NCBI GenBank assembly: GCA_023920165.1
Contig: CP089281.1
Location: forward strand, 620,001-684,000
Direction: 5' to 3'
Origin: Curvularia clavata
Lineage: Eukaryota
DNA: 64,000 bases
Position numbers and translations under genes: made by a program. Under the pieces are notes generated by a model. That model worked only from the letters and a program-made list of their open reading frames with translations. It searched no databases and was not told where the DNA came from. Below, piece by piece: positions 54,418 to 64,000 of the stretch. Position 1 is the first letter of the stretch, and every line of letters begins with the position of its first letter.

Positions 54418-55728
54418 ATGGCGAAAAATTTTGACGACGAATACGTGGCGGAGTTGTTGAAGCAAGACGCAAGAAACGCGACAAAGAAGTATGAGCTTGT
54501 CGGCATCGATGCCTTTAACCCGACGAGGTGCGTTTCAAGCCATGTCACTACATAAGTGTTAAATGTACATTGGCACTCTGTGTTTAACCGGGCCTAGCTG
54601 ACACATGGTAGAGCAAATGCTGGCGCCCCAAAACCGAACAAGAACTTCTTGCGAAACATTATTCGCCAAACCGACCGTCACAATGCAGCGCTGCTTGCGA
54701 AGGAGGCAGAAGAGTCTCGTGCACGACTGAGGACCATGGATCGAGAACGCAATAGGGGAAGGGCTCGGAGTAAGGAAGAGCAAGAAAGGAGGGCCCCGGG
54801 GAGATTGACGCCAGTCTCTGGAGACGATGACTTACCGAAAGCACGCTCAAGCAGACGGCGCGACTACAGCGAAGATGAAGACAAGTATAAGAGACGACGG
54901 AGAAGAAGCAAGGAGCGAGAAGCGTCTAAGAGCGCCACTTCCCGCCGACACCGAGAGAGAAGCCGAGATAGGAAGCGTCACAAGAGGAGATACGAAAGCG
55001 AGGAGGAAGATCGGTCTCGACGGAAGCGCAGAAGATCAAGATCTCCCTATGAACGGACCCATAGATATGAAGGAAGCGATAGCGATGATGATCGGAGGCT
55101 GCGCAGAAGAGACCGCGACGACCGTAGACACAGGAGACGGAGATCATACTCCACAGCCTCGCAATCACGATCACCATCCCCGCACTCTGACAGACGTGAA
55201 CGGCGGCACAAGCATAGAAGTCATTCTTCTAGGAACACTTCAAAAAGCCCCGAACGCAAATCCAGCCGGAGACACCGTCCCAGCCCCGAACCACGACCCG
55301 CCTCTCCCGCCTACGATTCCGACCCACTCGAAGCCATCGTCGGCCCGCTCCCGCCACCCCCGGAATCCACAGTCCGCTCTAAAGGCCGAGGAGCTTTCAA
55401 ATCAAACTCCATGGGCATCGAATCGCGTTTCTCATCTACGTACGACCCCACTATCGACGTGTGCGTAGGTTCCGACAACGAAGATGATTGGGGCGATGCC
55501 CTCGAAGCACTGCGTGACCGCTCGCGTTGGAAGCAGCAGGGTGCCGATCGTCTCCGGGCTGCAGGGTTTACAGAGGAGCAGGTGAAGAAGTGGGAGCGAG
55601 GAGACGAGCAGAATGAGGAGAATGTGGTGTGGAAAGGTAAAGGAGAGGCGAGGGAGTGGGATCGAGGAAAGGTTTTGGATGAGGATGGAGATGTAGGACT
55701 GGAGACGGACTTTGGAAGATTGAAGTAG
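54418..55728 (+). CDS. Arg/Ser-rich putative splicing-associated nuclear protein; intron 54528-54611
   Basis: DDEYVAELLKQDA..PKPNKNFLRNIIRQTD.HN, an RS/RD-rich middle and a C-terminal WKGKGEAREWDRGK. Confidence 0.8.
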
Positions 55729-55909
55729 GGATTCAAGTTGGTGAATTTGTTTTACTGGGTCAGGGAGATATTGCTTCGAAGTCAAGTTTGCTAAAAGCTT
55801 TTTTTACTGGGGCTTAGAGGTTATAATATTATACATAGATTTATTCACTAACAGTCTATATAGCCCTGACCTAGTAGCTTGAAGCAGGCACACACCAGTC
55901 AGCACCCAC

Positions 55910-58038
55910 TCAACGCACATGATCTTGCTTCTCTCTGTGCTCCTCGACCTGCTCAGTCTCACCCCTATCTTTGAGCGTCTTTACCTCATCCGACACCTTC
56001 TTACCACGCTTTTTCCACTCCCCTATCGAAATCGGCGGTGCTGTTTTCCTCGTCTTCTCATCTGGCGAGCTCATTCTCAGCATCTCATCCTCCAGCGCAG
56101 TCGTCAACCTCTGCAGCAGCCACTGCGACTCCGAAACATTGCCCATGAGCGGGCTGCGAATCCCCAGCCAGCTCCATCGCTGGTCCTTGTTGCCATCTGC
56201 ACAGCCAATATCCGGGTACCCGCCGTCGTCATGGCGAATAATAGACTGCGGCTGCCGATGGTGCGAAGGGTCGGTCTCACTTTGGCGGAGCAAGCGCAAA
56301 TAAAATCTCCATTCGTAGTATTCGTACTGCTTGGTGGGTTGGCTGGCTAGATCTTTTATGAGATTGTGGATTTCTTTTGCAAGGACGAAGTGATAGAAGC
56401 GAATGTCGCGCTCGATATCATCGGAGAAGGCTTCGGCTTGGACTTCTTTTATGAATTCTCCTTCCTCAGCATATGCAGCGAGCCGATCTAGAGTATGCTG
56501 TTCGCTCGTACTAACGCTGTCATCTTGGTAGGTCTTGTCCCACCTGCCGGTCTTGATCCTGTCCCATCCGACCTTGAGTGCCGCGCTTAATCCCTCTTCG
56601 TCTGGCAGAACAGTAAGTGAGCCAAGCCATATGGTAAAGTCCTTGAAGGCCTTGATAACTGTCTCGCCCATGTTGGAGATGAGGATGGTAAGAGTCGGTA
56701 CTGCAACTAGACTCCAAAACACCATAAATGCTTTGCCAGCATTGCTTTGGACGACATAGTCCCCGTAGCCAATCGTCAGGAGCGATACGTATGCATAGTA
56801 AAGTGAGACAAAGTAAGAGAAGCCTTGTGGTTCCTCTGAGTACCAGAAGACCAGGGCTCCCATGAACCAGAGAGTTAATGCTGCTGTCGTCGATAACGCC
56901 AAGGCAGTGTATCTTCGCTTCCTTTCAGATAGTTCTTGTACCCGTCGCATGACGCGGAATTCTTGCTCACGTCTCTGAGACTCGGATAGTCCCTTTGAGC
57001 AAAAGGTCAATTTTTCGAAGGGGGAAATGCGTATCGTCTTTGTTTCTTCGTCAATGGGCTCCAGGACCTTTTGCCTCTTGACCTCTGTGAACCGGGCAGT
57101 CATCTTTTGTTTCCCGTGCTCTAGCACCAGCGACCTGATCGAACCAATCACCAGACCGACGGTCACAAGCCCACCGATGGCGTATGGGATGAGCAAAGAG
57201 CGACCTGTATGAGTTTTTGGGACAAACTCTCCACCAAACCCCATCGTAAGTAACGTAAAGTTGGCCCAGAAGACTGCGTCTAAAAACATCCAGTTTTCGA
57301 CATAAGAAAAGATCAAAGCTCCGACTAAGAGGTAGCCCATAAAGGCAATCGTCTGGAGCATCAGTGTCCGTTGGCTAGCTGTGAGTCGGAACTCGCGATC
57401 GTAGTGCCCCTTGTATGCTCCTAACGCAGTGAACGCCATCAGAGATGCGATGATGAAGTACACTCCAGCAGCCATGATTGCATAGTAAAAGGCCTGGCTT
57501 AGTGCATGCCGCTCCATAGGCTGGATGCGGAAGGCTGATGACGAAGCTACTCCAACCAGCGCCATGAGGAGGAAGCCAGCCATGTAAAACCCGATGATGG
57601 TGATGGGTTGCGCAATAGCAAACTTGAGTCTCCTTGACATGTTGAGAAGCAGACTGATGTTTGCACATAGCGCAAAGACGAGAGACACGGAATTTACTGC
57701 AATGAGCCACCTCGGATCCTCGATTTTTGTTCCGTGGGCCTCGTCGCTGCCGGGCGGGATGTATACTCTCCATTTCTCAACTAAGGCACAAATCGACATG
57801 CCATTCGCTATAGGGCCAAAGGTTCCTGCTATCAGTGGACTTGCTGTAGATGCAAACCACCATCGACTAATCAGTTTGTCAGCCCAATCTACCCGCGACT
57901 AGTATGAAACTGGGGGACATAACTTGGATCAAGATATTGTCGTTGCTCCCGTTCCGCCTGCTCATCTTCAGCTTGCATTGTATTTTCGACATCGTGGGCA
58001 GCTTCTTGCGCCGGTTCATCAAGCCCGGGATCGTTCAT
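55910..58038 (-). CDS. TOK1: TOK-type two-pore-domain outward-rectifier K+ channel; first intron 57867-57922 has a non-canonical TT donor
   Basis: Eight-TM topology with pore loops LLTMGFGG and LLTIGYGD. N-terminal MNDPGLD..DPS|RWWFAST. Confidence 0.88.
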
Positions 58039-59706
58039 GACGAGGGAGAGTATTGATGTTGTGGTGCACCAAAAAGTTGGCAAGTTTATTATTTGAGTGG
58101 TGTTGCATGGGGATAACCAAGATCAGCAGGGAGGTCGCGTGGACAAACAAGGACGGGATGACGTATGTAGCTCAGTGGCACGTCGCATCGACGACTCGTT
58201 CCCGCGGAATAAAATTCTAGTCGATATATGGGGGCGGGCACCTAGTTGGTAAAAGTCTGGGCGCATGGAGCTCTGGTAGATGGCATCCTCGTCTAGTCAG
58301 CGAGTGCCGCCAAGACAGCCGTGCAGTTGTCGAAAGCATCGTCTAGTCTACAACATACCAAGACGGAGATTGTAGACGACTTACAAACTGTGCTTGCCCT
58401 CTCATTCAAGCGTGAATGGAGTCAGGAGGATACAGCTCATATTTGCACGATGCATTCACATGGCATTCCTGGAGATTTTTTTACAAATACCGCTTGATAT
58501 CGACGAAAGAAGACTGGCACTATTCCTCCAAACTGATGCCGACATTATGGCGTATGAGTGTCGAGAGTGGCAAGCAGGATGTTGCAGCTCCAGTGTTGTA
58601 TCCGCAATGGTGGCTACCCGATGTTGGTGATGGTGGCGATGAGGAGTGATAGGCGGCTTGTGGGAGTGGTATCCCCTCTGTTTTTTTTGTGCAAATAGAG
58701 TCAGATCCGAGCTAGAAGTTTCTCTATTGGCCAGGTTCAAGCTGAATTTTGACACAAGTATTTTCCACCCGGGCTAGTTTACTGCTAACGACATCCTACA
58801 GGCCGTCACGGCATTTGAATCCACAAATCTGATGCCATACCGTTGGATCAACCAGTGCAACGTGGGAAACTCACAGATGAAGTTGATACGCACAGAGGCG
58901 GTTACTCGCATTACAAGTTCAGAACGAGAGGCATTACCCAGTATTGTCTCTCTACTAAGACAGAGACTGTGGTTGACTCGTTTAAATGGGCTGGGGGATT
59001 AGATTGACGCTCCTCACGCTCACGGGGCCCCGCACGGGCCTGATGCGTGTAGACCAGGCATATATTTCCACTTCGAACATGGCTCCCTGTCTCGATTCAT
59101 GCCTCATGTAGTCTATGCTGAGCCTTGAAATGTATGCTGAGAGACTCTGGAGTTGCAGGAATTGCACACATCTGCGTTTGGCTTGCCTGAAAAGTGTCTT
59201 GCTCTGCAGGCGGTTTGGTGACAAACCTGATGTCCTTGTTTATCAGGCGTTCTCACAGCACAAAGCGGGGCGCAAATGCACTTGCTCAATATGTTTCTGA
59301 TGCTGTTGGCTTGTGGAAGAACATGTCTGTCAAGTGATTTCACACTTCACTGCTGAACAGATCCTCACCCATCATACTACCTTGCGGCATCTCACATCTG
59401 GACAAGGTAAAGCCACAAGACATTGTTCACACGTCTCTGCCCACATATCTCCGCCTTTTCGCCGCCTCACTTGGCCCCATTTTACCTGGGCTGTTGTGTG
59501 TGGCGTCAGTGCCGCCGGCGTCTTCACAAGCCGGACAGCGCCAAGCCACGCGAGACCCCACGGCTCCTTCCTTGCCTCTCCCAGCAAACAAACACTCTTT
59601 CTGTCCTTATACTTCTCTCTCCTTCCTCAACCTACCACCCTCTCAACTGCCTTTTCCACTACTCCCACTTTTGTCTAAGCATACACCCACCACCCCTACT
59701 TTCATC

Positions 59707-61702
<1,996 letters not shown>

Positions 61703-62529
61703 GCTGCTAGGAAGTTATCTTCATCCTGTCTACTTTTCAAAAGTACTTGGCAGCCTGGCTTATGTGTCTCGACGATTCACGATATGTGGGATCACGAGAA
61801 TTCCTTTCTGAATATTCCATGACTCTATTCTGAGTTTGCTGGAAGAAACGGGTGCGGGTATCTGTGGGATGGTGATCGTAGTTAATTAGTTTAGATACCC
61901 AAATGGCACTCTACACTTGAATAAACCACGACCGAAACCATGATTGTGATATGAAGAAGACAAATTTCCGTGCTATTCCAATCTCGCTCCAAACATCGTC
62001 ATACCAGGCGCCGCTAGCAATTGGACACATACTAGTGGCGTCTCCACCTCAAGCCACAGCAACATGAATATTCCAAGCTGCAATCGTGAAGCTTTGACAA
62101 ATCCAAAGGCGTTTGAAGTATCCCCATTCAACAATAATTTCTTGGTTCCGCTTCTTTAAGTGCGACGTTTAGTAATCCCGCAAGGCTGTCAGAGCCTCAG
62201 TCCAAGGTGCTCACAGGCGATGACCTGCTTGCTTGCCTCGGCTACCATCCTTGTAAAGCTTCGCCCGTTCAAGCTTTAGCCCAGCCCGCAGGTAATCTTA
62301 AAACACCATGGATAGTTCCTGCTCAGCAGTGCTATTGTGTATCGCGGTGTTCAGCTACTACTGACGTCACAACTTTCCATGGGTTCCGAGCCTTCCATCT
62401 GGGCAGACATGCCACTTTCGCCTAGCCTATTGATCACTCAGCACTCGAGACGCGTTCCTGTCGCACAAGAAGCAATCTCCCACAACATGCCATGAGCGTC
62501 GCGCGACCCATTTGTGTGCGCACGTCATA

Positions 62530-64000
62530 ATGGGTAGCTTCTGGCACTCGATCGCCTACTTCTTCCGGCTTCCTTTTCATATACAATGGAGAACGGCTCT
62601 GGTTCAGCTGCCCCGGTTTGTACCGCTCTCAGTCCTCCACTACACGTCGCCCAAGGGACCCCATCCGTTCCTGATAGCGCTCCCGAGCCGAAAGGGAAAC
62701 CTCATTTATGCATACACGTTTGTGCCACCAGCGCCTGTTGATCTAGACGGCGATGGCGAACAGCAGCGGAAAGAGACTGGAGAATGGCACGTACCGGTGG
62801 TTTTGGACTGTTGGTAAACCCATGGCCAGAAAAGGTGTTTGACGTATGCTAACTTTATTCCCGTGATGTAGTACATGGAGGCGGGTTTATTATGGGTTCA
62901 CCGTTAGAACAAGCCCCGTATGCGTCCATGATGTCTCGTGAGCTTGGGGCTGTAGTGCTAAGCGTATCGTACCGCATCGGCCCTTTCCACCAATTCCCAG
63001 CGGCGATCCACGATGCAGAAGATGTGCTTTCAGCAATACTGGACACGAACGGAGCATCGGAAGCAGGCAAGGTTTTGCGACAGGAGATACACAGATACTA
63101 TTCTATGGTACGATCCAATGCATTGGAGAAGAACAAAGGGCCCATTGCTCCGCACCTTGAGTATGTCAAGGACATTGTTCTCGATCCAACGCATCTGGCA
63201 ATATCGGGTTTTTCGGCAGGAGGCAACATTGCATTGAACATGGCCCTCTCAGTTCCACCCTGTCCTGAGATGGCAATGTCGCCAACTACGGGCCCTCGTT
63301 CGTGGGCGCAACACCCCACACGTGGTGATACTTTGTCGCCAACATTGCCAACGAATCGCAGAGCTACAATGCTAGATGATCCGTTTCAGGCGTGGCCCTC
63401 ACTTCTACCCCCACCAGAAGTTCAACCGCGGATGATGCCACTGCTACTGTTTTACCCGTCTCTAGATGCACGGCTGCTACCACACGAGCGCCCCATGAAG
63501 CCAATGCCCAATGCGTTAAAACCAGACGACCACCATACAGAGAAACCGCGAAGGCCCGGTTTATTTTCTATCCTGGGACCCACGTACCTGCCCAAGAAAC
63601 TGCGTGCCCACCCACGAGCGAGTCCTGGTCTCAACGACCCAGAACACATCCAGAAGAACGCAGCCATCTTGCTCGTTTTACCGGAAAAAGACACGCTAGC
63701 GGTGCAGAGCGATGTTTGGGTAGAGAAGATGAGACAGTCGGATTGGAACGGCCCCGTGCGTTTTGGCGACGGGCGCGACGGAGACTGGGACGGCCATGGT
63801 GATGGCGGTGTTGTTGGCCAAGCGGGATCTTCAACCACCCCTAGCGCCAAGAACGGCGGACTCGAGGTATGGCACGCACCGGGTTGCAGACATGGGTGGA
63901 CACAGTTTCCGGATCGGTTTGTGCCGCAGCATGAGCGCGAAGAGAGGGAGTTGGTATTTGCTCGTACGCTGGATTTTGTGAGGGAGAAATGGAGGATGGA
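62530..64000 (+). CDS. Alpha/beta hydrolase, HSL/abhydrolase_3 family esterase (runs off the window end); intron 62810-62871
   Basis: Splicing (GTTGGT..GCTAAC..TAG) gives VVLDLHGGGF. Also YRIGPFHQFPAAIHD, nucleophile GFSAGGN, EKDTL and HGW; frame open to 64000. Confidence 0.85.

Noticed and set aside
58380..58760. Pseudogene relic between TOK1 and the helicase
   Set aside because: Short stop-interrupted frames with no recognisable motif; cannot be supported without a homology search.

Overview
Intron-containing fungal genomic DNA from a filamentous ascomycete, most likely Dothideomycetes/Pleosporales (judged from a Leptosphaeria-rhodopsin-like opsin and a Pf2/COL-26-type Zn2Cys6 factor). I reconstructed 22 protein-coding genes by hand from GT-AG introns with CTRAC-type branch sites: an MFS transporter, a chimeric ankyrin-relic/C2H2/2-TM protein, mitoribosomal S8, a MARVEL protein, DNA polymerase kappa, a ZIP zinc transporter, opsin, an RPEL-repeat protein, a quinate/uronate-type sugar porter divergent from a DUF2264 (GH154-like) gene, PHO85, Pf2, a cytochrome b561-like protein, a Sos7-like kinetochore protein, an RS-rich protein, TOK1, a DEAD-box helicase, an HSL-type hydrolase truncated by the window end, and five hypotheticals. 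No rRNA, tRNA, transposon or CRISPR was recognised. The most notable unexplained signals are: (1) a ~6.3-kb ORF-less interval between the convergent PHO85 and Pf2 genes, with three perfect Pf2-type motifs and a hairpin cluster; (2) in-frame extensions at both ends of PHO85 (a candidate ACG start and an 89-codon frame behind the TAG); (3) the porter/GH154-like divergent pair; (4) a TT instead of GT donor in TOK1 intron 1. Product calls and motif consensuses come from memory of the families; no database searches were run.
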